From NCBI RefSeq assembly GCF_009914755.1, contig NC_060929.1: a DNA stretch of 64,000 nt. One strand, given 5' to 3'. The DNA is from the human T2T-CHM13v2.0 reference genome, Homo sapiens. Both the position numbers and the translations under genes were made by a program. Positions within the stretch are counted from its first letter, which is position 1. Each line of letters begins with the position of its first letter. This document shows, in pieces, positions 1-15,950 of the stretch. The notes beneath the pieces were generated by a model. It was given only the letters and a program-made list of their open reading frames with translations, was not told the DNA's origin and did no database searches.

Positions 1-815
1 TAATGGTGTCATAAATGTTGCACCTGCAGCAGATTATTCTTTGATTCAGTAAAAAAAAAAATTATTTTAGTTTTAAAGTAGCTCTGAATATTTCCATTCC
101 AAATCTGTTTCAGGATTTTAGAATTCAGACATGGTTACATAAAAAGAGAACCATAAATTGGCATGAGACTATAAATTACAGTCAAAGAAGACCCACGTTT
201 CAAGCAAGATGAATCTGGATTTTTAAAATTTTTATGCATGCTTTTTCAGTTTTAATTCATATATACGTTACCTAGAAATACAATCAATAAGTGGTTTTAT
301 GTCTCTCCTCTTTAATTCTGTGTGAAATGTTACCCTTTGCAATGGTCTTGTTAAACACTCTAGAAAAAAAGAGCAGTCTAAGCTGACTTTATAAAACCTC
401 TACCTTTGTTCAGCCCAACCCTATACCATCCCTGCTTCTATACCCCTGCTGAACACTCCCAGAAAAAAAAAAAAATATACTAATGTGAACCAGAGTCACT
501 ATGCAACCTCATTTTTGCCCTCAGTGTATTAGGTAAAGGTTCTTTGTTTTCCAGATTCTCTCTGTCAGTCACGGCACAAGTTATTCCAAACACACATTGC
601 ACTGTTACCACCAATGACCCCACCACCCACCAATTTCAAAAGATAACTCATGCTCCTACTGATCCACGAACAGTGGAAACTCATTGACAGGAAAGTCTTC
701 ACCCTCTCTCTTATCGCAGGTGAGTGTTAATGCAGAGCCACAAAAGATGCACAACTACCAGCTTTGTAACTATGCAAGCTCCGTAACAGTGAGGAAAGGA
801 AGTCAATGATAAAAC

Positions 816-1335
816 AGTCCATCCCAAAAATTCTGAGATGCACATTTCTTCAATTTTAATGGTTCTGAAATCAGTATAAAGAAGACAGGCAGTGTCTTCT
901 TACAATCACTTTCGGCCAGATGGTGGCCATGGCAGAATTCTCAAACCTAGCACAGGTGAGAACTTGGCCCTCTGCGTATCATTCAACAAACGCTCTAAGG
1001 GCTTTGAGTTAGGAATATCAGTTAGGGCTGTTGTCTGAAAACATTCCAGTGACATATTCTGATGAGACCAAGAAAATAAAACTTGAAGAATGTGTCTCAA
1101 CAGCTTGTAAGTCAAGCACAGAAGGCAATCGTGAAACACTTCTTAAAAATGTCCTGCAGCCTCACCACTTTTCATGTCACAGAGGGTGGCAGTGTGGGGA
1201 AAATGAAGACACTGATGGCTCAGCATCAAAAGTGATTCAGAAGAGAAAGACAGTGGAATATTTTTTGGGAATTCTCAGTCACCTTACTGAACTCGTATTT
1301 TCATTTTTTAAAGAATGTGCAACAATAATATAATC
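816..1335 (+). mobile_element. TcMar-Tc2 DNA transposon fossil (Kanga/MER104-like) with decayed transposase C-terminus
   Basis: The start 'ttctgagatgcacatttcttcaattttaatggttctgaaatc...tcttacaatc' resembles the Kanga/MER104 terminal sequence. ORF 1031-1333 (LEECVSTACKS..., acidic ENEDTD) resembles a pogo/Tc2 transposase tail. Boundaries are approximate. Confidence 0.5.
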
Positions 1336-1461
1336 ATACATGATAAAAATTTATATCTAGATAAGTCTAAACCAGCTTTTCCAAAAGGTATAAAATAAAC
1401 ACGTGAAGTAATAAAAAAGCATTGTGTCCTACTTTTCATGCTAACATCTTTGTATTTAGCT

Positions 1462-1560
1462 ATCTCTCTCTCTGTTTCCTTCCTTCTTCTTTCTCTCTCC
1501 TGTTTCTCTCTCCTTCCTGCCTTCATTTCTTCCTCCCTTCATTCTTTTCTTCCTTTCTTA
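1462..1560. repeat. CT-rich low-complexity/simple repeat
   Basis: Run of ctctct/ttcc/ttct units. Confidence 0.85.
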
Positions 1561-1834
1561 GTACATAAAATAACCGTATGTATTAAATTCAAAGTGTCTC
1601 AGGTTTTATGAGTTGGCAAAGATTTAAATAGTGCTAGTTAATTCTGACCATTAGTCAAACAATTAGTGACAATCACACTAAAGACTGACAATACAAATTG
1701 CAATTTTTCAGATTAGTATGCTATTTAAGAAGTACATTTTGAATAACTTCAATGGGCACATCAATCAAAATAATTTTTAAAAATCATTTTGATAAACCTA
1801 TTGTGCATAAAACTCAAATACCTTTAAACTTAAC

Positions 1835-1932
1835 CCCAAGTCTCAGTATCACACAATATATGCATGTAACAAAGTTGTACATGTACCCCCGAAATTAGAA
1901 GTTGAAATTATAAAAAGGAGAAAAAGAAAAAA
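1835..1932 (+). mobile_element. Old L1 3'-end fragment (L1M/L1PB type)
   Basis: 'acacaatatatgcatgtaacaaagttgtacatgtaccccc...gttgaaattataaaaa' followed by an A-rich tail resembles an L1 3' terminus. Confidence 0.6.
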
Positions 1933-3103
1933 CGTAAACAATGCTTCATATTTTGAATGATACAAAAACCTAAGCTGCTTCTTAACTTTATGACTTTTGT
2001 TATACAGATGGTTATAATTCTATTTAAAGTGGTTGAAAATCATTTTCTCCAAATCATCATCCAGAAGAACACTTTATTTTTATTACTAAAGCAAATTTTT
2101 ATTTTTCAAAAATTAATTGCTATATTCATATTTTAATCTATTACACAAGTATTTCCTGAAAACCTATATTCAAATTATAGTAAGCTTCCTCTTCAAGTTT
2201 TATGAAGATTGTGAAACTTACTTACATTATTACATCTTTTTAACCAAGTAAGAATAAAAAAAAATTCTTGAAAATATCTTGTATGCATGTGTGTGTGTTC
2301 CTGTTGACTCATGATCCATTGCCTTCATTACATAAACCTCGTCCAAGTAACCTTTCACAGGTGAGGAAAATATAATTGCTAGCAGGTGAGAAGCAAGAGC
2401 AAGATGAAGAACTAAATCTGTATTAATTTCCCTAATACATGTCAGAGATATTGTGAATAGCTCGGTGACAGTGGTGCATTCTGAATCTATCTGTTGTTCT
2501 CCAGCAGATCAGATGCAGTCAAGTCAAATTACTGACAACCAAGGAATAAACAGAATCCATTATGGGAAAGCTCTTATTTCCTGGCTTCCTGTGCTATCTG
2601 TATTGTTGTATTCCGTGGAAACTCACTAAACTGAAAAAAACTGACATCCCTCATCTTTGTCAAGGCCATAAAAACATTACAGTCAATGTCTTGAACTCAC
2701 TTAAGCCCCCTGGCTTCACGCACTCAGCTTGTAAGCTTTCCATAAACGACAGCTGATTGCTGAGGGGAGGAAGTGACAAATTAGTGAATTAAAAATTTAC
2801 ACTGCGCTATATGAATACATTTCCTGACAATCAGCATTACTGGCTGCTAAAATGAGTTTCAAAAAGATGTACAGACCTTGAAATTTTCAATCATAGTTTT
2901 ATCTAATAACACAAATCACGTTTTTATTTAGTTTACAAAGGACTACTGAAAAGAATTTAGAGATCAATTATGAATTAAATATTATCATAAAACAGAGCTT
3001 ATAACCAGATCACATTTAGCAATCATTTGATAGTTTAATAAAAACTTTTAAAAATTCATTTCAGTCAATTGTGCTTTAATGGTAGATTATTTACTTGCAA
3101 ATG

Positions 3104-3433
3104 TGGTTCACCCTTTGTATTCACGGTTCCTCATCCACAGATTCAACCAACGGCAGATCAAAATTATTTGGAAAAAAATTTTAAAAATAAAACAATACAA
3201 ATAATACAAGTAAGAAACAATACATTATAACAACTATTTTCATAGTATTTACATTGTATTAGGTATTATAAGTAATATAGAGATGATCTGATGTATACAG
3301 GAGAATGTGCATAGGTTATATGCAAATACCACATCATTTTACATAAGAAACTTGGGCATCTGTGAATTTTGGTATCTGCAGGTCCTGGAACCAATCCTCC
3401 TCAAATACCAAGGGCGTATACCAGCAAGACTGT
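3104..3433 (-). mobile_element. MER2 (TcMar-Tigger non-autonomous DNA transposon)
   Basis: Reverse complement of MER2 hallmarks: 'ggtcctggaaccaatcc', 'ataggttatatgcaaatacc', 'tacattgtattaggtattataagtaat'. Confidence 0.85.
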
Positions 3434-3999
3434 ATTCTTAATATAGTATATGCAATTAAAATGAATCCTTAACTCCTATAGAAGAATAAGTTCACGTGTG
3501 GACTGTAGACTTGAAGGCATCATTCTCTTGTCTGGTGCATTATAGCTTTCAAGTGTTAGCATGCACATTGATGCAAGGACATAGAGCTGATCCATGGCTC
3601 TATACCCAGAACTAGAACAAGGAAACATGGAACAAGGACTCCTGATGCCTGCTCAATAGACTCTCCCTACACAGGTGCAGTGGCTGCTCCATACCATCCA
3701 GCATATGACACGTTAAGGCCAAATGCAACTATGATCAGGGCCACTGTTTCCTGCATTAGGGCCTCGTGTTTTAATGCTCTTTTTCTCCTTGTCTCTTCAA
3801 GGACTCTCTTCAGTGGTCCAAAGCCTGAGAACAGTTGCTTCATATATTTGTCTAGTTTTATAACTATTTATGTCATGAGTGTACATCAGCTACCAGTAAC
3901 GTCTTTATGACCAGAAGCAGAATTCCAGGCAAACACATGTTAAGAAGGGTTCTTACTGTAGTAGTAATAGTATATACCACTTTGAAGAGAATTGTAAAC

Positions 4000-4730
4000 A
4001 CTTAACGGGCTAGAATATTGGATACTTATCCTGAAGTAGTGAGAAGACAGGATGAAATCAGATTTTGAACTTCTTTAGCTGTCAATAAAGAGTCTTTATT
4101 AGATTAGCAATGGAGAAGCTTTAAAGAAATTTGAGCTGGTGGGATGAGCTCAGCAGTTTGTGCTTGAAGAAGTTTAATCTGGCTGAATTTATCAGGCAAT
4201 AGTAATAGAATGAGATGTCCATAGGCAGACCAGGCAAGAAGCTGCTACCTGAGGTCACAAGGCCATGAAAAAGGATGGGGGAAGGAGAAATTTAATGAAA
4301 GAATAGGAACAAGCTACTTCATGAAGGTCTGCTATTTGATGAGTATGGTACGAGAAAAGTATAAGTTAAAGTACTATCAAAAGTGTTGAGCTTGCCTGAT
4401 TTAAGGAGAAAGAGAACAATCACCGGACAGAAGGGATATCTGACTCTGGGAACAATTACATTAATGATATCATTTTGACTTTGAGGCTGGTAAGATGCCT
4501 AATGTTGAAAGAGGAGATGTCCAGATGGAAATGACCAGTAGATGCCTAAAAATACGGGTCTTCAGCCTCTGGAGTAGGCTCAGTTTCCCAAAAATCTGAG
4601 GATTTCATATACAGGTAGGCAATGAGTGAGTTACAGAAGGAAACAAATGGGTCATTGGTATAAAATAGAATTTGGGAGGAAAAACAAGTTGAGAAAGAGA
4701 AGATGGTGACATTGAACGTGTTTCAATTAT
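4000..4730. mobile_element. Degenerate L2 fragments
   Basis: Purine-rich L2-like text ('ggagatgtccag', 'tttaatctggctg', 'gggaggaaaaacaag'). Boundaries are uncertain. Confidence 0.4.
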
Positions 4731-5981
4731 TGATAGTGGTACCCTTAAAAAAGTCACGTATTTAAAATATTAGTCTAGTTTGCATGTGTGTGCATGTGGG
4801 CATGTGTTGCAAGCTGATATAATAACCTTAAAAATGTCTTAGTTCTAATGGCATAAATTATCCAGATGATAAAGTAAAATAAAGTTAAAGTACACAAATC
4901 TATGTAGGATCAATATAATTAAAAGTAACATTTAATTTAAAAATCTTGAGAAAAATAACAAATGGAAACTTTTAAAGAAGAATGTGAGAGTTGAAAATGT
5001 GGCTTGATTTCTGAAACATGGCTACTCAGTTGCTAGATCAGAGAATTATTTGAGTAATATTTATCAAAAAACAATGATAATACTTGCTTTTAATGAAAAT
5101 AGGCCTCTTTCCATTTTTGGTAGCCACAGTGAGTGGCTTTCCGAATGGCCTAACATAGATACAACTTATCACCCACTTTAGATGTGTACTGTTATAAAGC
5201 TCTCTTGTTTACATAATTTTAAAACTTTATTAAATTAATTTTGAGATAATCTAATTAGGTTTCAGGAAAATAAATGTTGAGAAATACAAACTTCTTAAAA
5301 GATCAGATTAAGGAAAGTCACAGACTTGAAAAAGGTGTCATTTCAAGAGATATGTAGGCTATGGATTCCACAAGACATGGTGCCTCATTTAACAAATCAG
5401 GAAACTAAGTTACTAGAAGGTCCCATAAGCTACTTATTAAGAAAGTATTACTATTTCAGTTCTGTTACTTTTTTATTGCAAACTTTTGCAACATCTACTT
5501 AACCTTCTGAACTTGTTTCTCATCTCTAGAATAAGCGATCTAAGATGTCTTCCAAATAACATCATAGGACCTATGTGACGAAATGGCTTTTGTGCCTTTG
5601 TCTAGCACTCTTCCCAAACCTACAGGTTCATGCTTACATCTAACTCCTTACTATCATTAATACAGATCTTTAAAAAAAAATCATCAATTTCCTAGTAACT
5701 TTTGTAACAACTGCTTTATTTGGGTTTAGCTAGAAAAAGAAATAAGCAATCATCATACATGTCTATTTCTGTTCCCTAAGGATTATTTGCTTTTTAAATT
5801 TTTTTCCGATAAGCTGAATAAATTTTTCTTTTTATGTCTTTCTTGGTTTTATATATGTCACGGACTGGTACCGGCTGGTAGCCTGTTAGGAACTGAGTGG
5901 CACAGAGGAGGTGAGCGGCAGGCAAATGAGCATTACCGTTCAAACTCTGCCTCCTGTCAGATCAGCAGCGGCATTAGATTC

Positions 5982-6744
5982 TGTATTAGGGTTCTCTAGA
6001 GGGACAGAACTAATAGGATACATGTATATATACACACACACACAAACACACACATATATACACACACACATATATACACACACACACACATATATATACA
6101 TATTTCTGAAACATGGATACATAGTTCATATATACATATATACACATATTTATGTGTGTGTGTATATATATACACATATATGTATATATACACATATATA
6201 TGTGTATATATGTGTATATATACATATATGTGTATATATGTGTATATATGTATATATATACATATATGTGTATATATGTATATATATACATATATGTGTG
6301 TATATATGTGTGTGTGTGTATATATATATATATATAGACAGAGAGAGAGAGGGTTTATTAAGTAGTATTAACTCACACAATCACGATCACAAGATCCCAC
6401 AATAGGCCGTCTGCAAGCTGAGGAGCAAGGAAGCCAGTCTGAGTCCCAAAGCTGAAGAACTTGGAGTCCAATGTTTGAGGGCAGGAAGTATCCAGCACTG
6501 GAGAAAGATGTAAGCTGGGAGGCTAAGCCAGTCTAGACTTTTCACGATTTTCTGCCTGCTTTATAGTCTAGCCATGTTGGCAGCTGATAAAATGGTGTCC
6601 ACCCAGATTAAGGGTGGGTCTGTCTTTCCCAGCCCACTGACTCAAATGTTAATCTCCTTCGGCAACACCCTCACAGACTCACTCAGGATCAATACCTTAC
6701 ATCCTTCGATCCAACCAAGTTGACACTCAGTATTAGCCATCACA
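5982..6744 (-). mobile_element. MLT2A (likely MLT2A2) ERVL solo LTR
   Basis: TG...CA termini: 'tgtattagggttctctagagggacagaactaatagga' ... 'gttgacactcagtattagccatcaca'. Internal 'gtctgcaagctgaggagcaagg' and 'cagcccactgactcaaatgttaatctcc'. Confidence 0.9.
6019..6351. repeat. Compound (CA/TA/TG/GA)n microsatellite inside the MLT2A LTR
   Basis: About 330 bp of mostly alternating purine-pyrimidine dinucleotides. It explains the YIYTH/VCVY junk ORFs. Confidence 0.95.
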
Positions 6745-8355
6745 GATGGATGCATAAACTCTACTGTGAACTGCGCATGCAAGAGATCTAGGTTGTGCAC
6801 CCTCTATGAGATGGGACAGTTTGGGCAGTTTCATCCCCAAAACATCCCCCTGCCTCCCCATCCCAAAACCCCGTCCATGGAAAAACTGTCTTCCGCAAAA
6901 CTGGGCCATGGTGTCGAAAAGGCTGGAGATTTCTGGTCTACATGAAAGCTGCCAGTAAACAAATAAAGTGGATAAAATATTTCTAGTCTGTACTCACTTG
7001 AGAAGGAGCACATCAGAGCATTATGTCAAGACCAGGATGGTATTAAGCCATGTGTTGTGAGAATGAGAAGTGAGGAAGGCACCAAATGATTCCTAGCTAT
7101 TTTTAAGATTTTTGTTTTAAGAAATGCCTCTAGTCAGGGTCTAAGGAAATGCAAGACTCCAACACAGCACCCACAAAGTCACTGCAGATGGCCTGCCATA
7201 CATTTGTACTTTCTGTAAAGTGGTCGTGGCATCATAAAAAATGTGTCTGCATAATTGATTTGAAATATAAGACTGATAAAAATTAGATCACCCTAATGTT
7301 CTCCACTTGTCATTAGATTGATCTATATTAAAAAGACAATCAAATTTTCCCATTAAAGAGAAGATATTCAATCATGAAATTGAGTTTTCCATTCCTATCT
7401 GCAATCAACATTTTAATATATACAGCCTGTCAATAAGTACAGCGGAAAATAGAGTTATATAACTATTAAGGTGCTTAATGAGTAGAACAGAGATATTCCT
7501 GGAAGAAAAAGATGTCTATTCCTGGAAAACAATGAGGAAAACCATTAAAATATGATGTCTTCCTAACAGCATGAATTAAACTACATATGTGTGTATAAAA
7601 TGCAGTGATTTCAATTAACATGATAAATTCTTTTCTTAATTACCATCCCCAAATACTCTATTCCACAGCAGTATTTAGAAACAAGAGACTAATAAAGCCA
7701 AACTTTAAACTTGTAAAAACCTTAAAATGCTTTCCCAATACAAAGACTGTATAAATCAAAGATTATTATAATTAAAATAATCCAGAATACAGTCATAATT
7801 TGACCTAGGAAGAATAAGAAAATAAGTACAATAAGGTGTTTGATATGTATTATAATATTTAAAGATATCCTTTATCATTGTATTCATAGCTAATAGCATT
7901 AAGTAACTTATTATGCTTCTAAATTATATTAGTTTGTGAAATTAAATTTAATGATACTAAAAGGGATCTGATTGGCAACACTCCAAATTAGCATTTCTTA
8001 GCAAGCCAAGAAGGTAGAAACCATCTCAAGACTAGATGCTATTTCTTCTTCAAATTCCATTAGTTGCCAACATATTTCAAAGCTACAGGGAACTTAACAC
8101 AAAAGGTTTAGTCTAGAAATTCATTCAGACCTGAATGCCTCAGATAAAGCTGCTAATGAAAATGTTATTCCATAATAATATAAATTGGTTGCTAACCTTG
8201 ATACCTTTATTCAAAATATCTACCAAATAATTATGTACATACTATATTGTTATCAATAGAACATTTTTTAAAAGTTCACTTCTGTGTCATACCTTGACAA
8301 ACATTAAGAGTTTTCAGGGCTGACTGTATTAAGACGACTTAAAAATTAAAATACA

Positions 8356-8640
<285 letters not shown>

Positions 8641-9269
8641 ATAACTTACTTTAAAGTTTGTAACATAAACTCATGAAAGTACCAAAATAATTTATCATAG
8701 AAAAAACATTTGCTCATTTCCTAAGTTTCAGATGGCCTTCGGGTTGAGATCCTTTTCATCTAAATTATTACCTCCAATTCATTTCACTCACTATTTCCTC
8801 CATGGATACTTATCAGGGAAAGCTAGAATTGATAACTTAGTCTTCCATCCTCCACAGAATGAAGTGCTCCATCAGGTCTTGTTCAGGGAATGAAGTATGA
8901 AGTCCTCTTTATTGTTGGATTAAGTATATAATTGTAAAATGAAAGCAAATTAATTGTATTGTGAAATCACTGCTTTGAAGAAAGAATCCTAGTGAAAGGA
9001 ATGCCTCCCCGGAATGAAAATTCATGAAATGTTAATATTTGGTGTCACGGGGTTTCCATTACTCGAGTTGCCAGCCTTCTTTTGATGGTGAGCATCAAAA
9101 GATGCTGATGGTGAATTGAAATTCAATTTCCCAACCAGATTTCCTATGAATAAATAAACTCACGCTTGAGTTTACAGATAACTGGGTTAATATTTGCTAT
9201 TGGTGAATAGTGCATCTCCGTTCAGAGCTTAATAGAGAAATTGTGTAGCTCTTGTATATGTGGTGAATC

Positions 9270-9420
9270 CGTGGGCTAGCTGGGAACCTTGCCTGTGACT
9301 TTCAGCTCCACTACTTACCAGCTATGAGATAGTGAGCAAGTTATTCCATCCAGCTGCTTCACTGAAAGAATGCAGATAGTGATACCTACATTACAGAGTT
9401 GTGGTACTGGTTTATATAAG
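9270..9420 (+). mobile_element. MIR fragment
   Basis: 'cagctccactacttaccagctatg...gagcaagttatt...atacctacattacagagttgtg' matches the MIR core. Confidence 0.6.
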
Positions 9421-10204
9421 TGGTTCTGAATAACATCTAGCTTTACCATATAGCAAGATAGTTCCTGAAAACAGAATGCCTGAACCCGTGTATAAATCTT
9501 ACTACATTTTCACAACCACAATGTTATCATCTTTAGGGATTTCACTTGAGGAGAAAATAGACTAAGTGACACAAGGATTTTCTCTTGTTTCATTAGTAAT
9601 TTGGTTTTACAATTCAATGCTATACGGAATATCATCTTCAAGCATGGCTACTTCCCAGGGAGTTTTCCAGAATGACAGATTTATATAATGTCTTATATAT
9701 TCAATAGAAAATATCAACTTGCTCTTCTTCTCTCTATCTTAATATTGATGTGAAACTGAAAACAAAGTGAGGTGTGTATTCAGGGGCCAGTTGAATCACA
9801 GGAAAGAGAGGCAGTGAAGACCCTAACCCTTTCCTGTCTCACATTGTTTAAACACATTTGCTTTGTCCTTCCAAGTGGACCACAAGGGTTATCCTCCTGT
9901 TTCATAAATATAGTGTTATGCTTAAGATATGACAGCAGAAATATGTAGGGGAAAACAAAATGCATCATATTTTTCCTTGATAATCATCAATCAGGAATCA
10001 TATATATTATGAGCAAAGAAATACACTTTCCAAAGATCTAAGCATGTACTAGATTTGCATGCAGTGACCATATGATTATTAAATTTTTTAAACAAGATGA
10101 ATGTGTACTACAGAATGATAGCCAAGAAGGATGACACTTAAGCCCCAAACCTAACATTCAGTGGAATCAAGGCATGTACACAAATTGCAACCTGAAATAA
10201 ACTC

Positions 10205-10348
10205 ATAGCCTGTGACATAACTGCAAAGTTTGTGCACTGCCAAAAAGCACCTGGAGAAAGAGGTAATTCGAGGCTGTAGTTGGACTCTCATAGGATTGTC
10301 TAAGCTATGCACCTTGGTCTAAGGCTGTGTCTTCCAGGAGGAAGAAAC
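10205..10348 (+). mobile_element. MER91-like hAT-Tip100 fragment
   Basis: 'gtttgtgcactgccaaaaagcacctgg...aagctatgcaccttgg...ggctgtgtc' resembles MER91A. Confidence 0.4.
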
Positions 10349-11029
10349 ATCCCAAGTCAGCAGACTTATATCAACCCAGAGGGGAAACCAAACCTTAGAA
10401 GTCCAGAATGAAATAAATACATTAAGAATGAAACACAGATAAATGAAAGAATTATTTTCCCTTGAAAGATTATTGCACTCTTCAGAGAAGCTTTAAAGAG
10501 TTTTCATAGATGGGATTGTTTCAATAGTCACATTACAAAATGTAAAACAAAGTTTTCACAGATCAAGTTGAAGGAATATGTTTGGATAAAAGTAAAAGTG
10601 TGCTGTAATGCGATCATAAAATGGAACTAAGTCTGCCTGATCATTGGAATTGTTCTCTTTATGCCACTGAGTCTTAGAGTTGGAGCTTGTGCTTGGCCTG
10701 TTTCTGTAACGTATGAGGGAAGGAAACCATTTGAGATTTTTAACTACTCTTTTGTAATGTAAAGTGAATGAATTCTTCTATACTTCAAATTGAGAGAATC
10801 TGATTTCTTATTTTTTCTTTTTTTAAAATTATACTTTAAGTTCTGGGGCACATGTGCAGAATGTACAGGTTTGTTAAATAGGTATACATGTGCCATGGTG
10901 GTTTACTGCACCATCAACTCATCATCTACATTAGATATTTCTCATAATGCTATACTTCCCCCAGCCCCCACCCCCTGACAGGCCCCAGTGTGTGATGTTC
11001 CCCTCCCTGTGTCCATGTGTTCTCATTGT

Positions 11030-14861
<3,832 letters not shown>

Positions 14862-14924
14862 TATGATATTAGCTGGTTATTTTGCCCCTTAGTTGATGAA
14901 GTTTCTTCATAGTGTCAATGGTCT

Positions 14925-15950
14925 TTACAATTTGGTATGTTTTTGTAGTGGTTGGTACTGGTTATTCTTTTCCATGTTTAGTGCTTCCTTCAGGAGCTCC
15001 TGTAAGGCAGGTCTGGTGGTGACAAAATCTCTCAGCATTTGCTTGTCTGTAAAGGATTTTATTTCTCCTTCGTTTATGAAACTTAGTTTGGCTGCATATG
15101 AAATTCTGGTTTGAAAATTCTTTTCTGTAAGAATGTTGAATACTGGCCCCCCATCTCTTCTGGCTTGTAGAGTTTCTGCTGAGAGATCCGCTGTTAGTCT
15201 GATGGGCATTCCTTTGTGGGTAACCTGACCTTTCTCTCTGGCTGCCCTTAACATTTTTTCCTTCATTTCAACCTTGGTGAATCTGACGATTATGTGTCAT
15301 GGGGTTGCTCTTCTTGAGGAACATCTTTGTGGTGTTCTCTGTATTTCCTGAATTTGAATGTTGGCCTGCCTTGCTAGGTTGGGTAAGTTCTCCTGGAAAA
15401 TATCCAGAACAGTGTTTTCTGACTTGGTTCCATTATCCCTGTCACTTTCAGGTACACCAATCAAATGTAGATTTGGTCTTTTCACATAGTCTCCTATTTC
15501 TTGGAGGCTTTGTTCATTTCCTTTCACTCTTTTTTCTCTAATCTTGTCTTCTCACTTTATTTCATTGAAATGATCTTCAATCTCTGATATCCTTTCTTCT
15601 GCTTGATTGATTTGGCTACTGATATTTGTATATGCTTCATGAAGTTCTCATGCTGTTTTCTTCAGCTCCATCAAGTCATTTATGTTCTTCTCTAAACTGG
15701 ATATTCTAGTTAGCAATTCGTCTAACCTTTTTTCAAGGTTCTTAGCTTCCTTGCATTGGGTTAGAACATGCTCCTTTAGCTTGGAGGAGTTTGTTATTAC
15801 CCACCTTCTGAAGCCTACTTCTGTCAGTTCATCAAACTCATTCTCCATCCAGTTTTGTTCCCTTGCTGGCGAGGAGCTGTGATCCTTTGGAGGAAAAGAG
15901 GTGTTCTGGTTTTTGGAATTTTCAGCATTTTTGCAATGGTTTCTCCCCAT
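14925..15950 (-). pseudogene. L1 ORF1 (coiled-coil RNA-binding protein), disrupted
   Basis: MGRNHCKNAENSKNQ..., KRPNLHLIGVPE and EKMLRAAREKG...RPALQELLKEAL appear in three separate ORFs. Confidence 0.95.

Larger units (their letters stand above)
5859..6935 (+). mobile_element. MER1B (hAT-Charlie) split by an MLT2A LTR
   Basis: The 5' part 'gcctgttaggaact...gaggtgagcggc...cctgtcagatcagcagcggcattagattc' ends at 5981. The element resumes after 6744 with 'tgtgaactgcgcatgc...gatctaggttg...tttcatcccc...ccatggaaaaactgtcttcc'. Confidence 0.85.

Noticed and set aside
5911-6405. 164-aa and overlapping ORFs rich in Y/I/H/T/V/C
   Set aside because: They are translations of the dinucleotide microsatellite and are not coding.
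6581-6600. DUX4-type site expected in MLT2A LTRs
   Set aside because: This copy reads 'tgataaaatg' rather than the recalled TGATTAGAT-like consensus, so the motif appears degraded.
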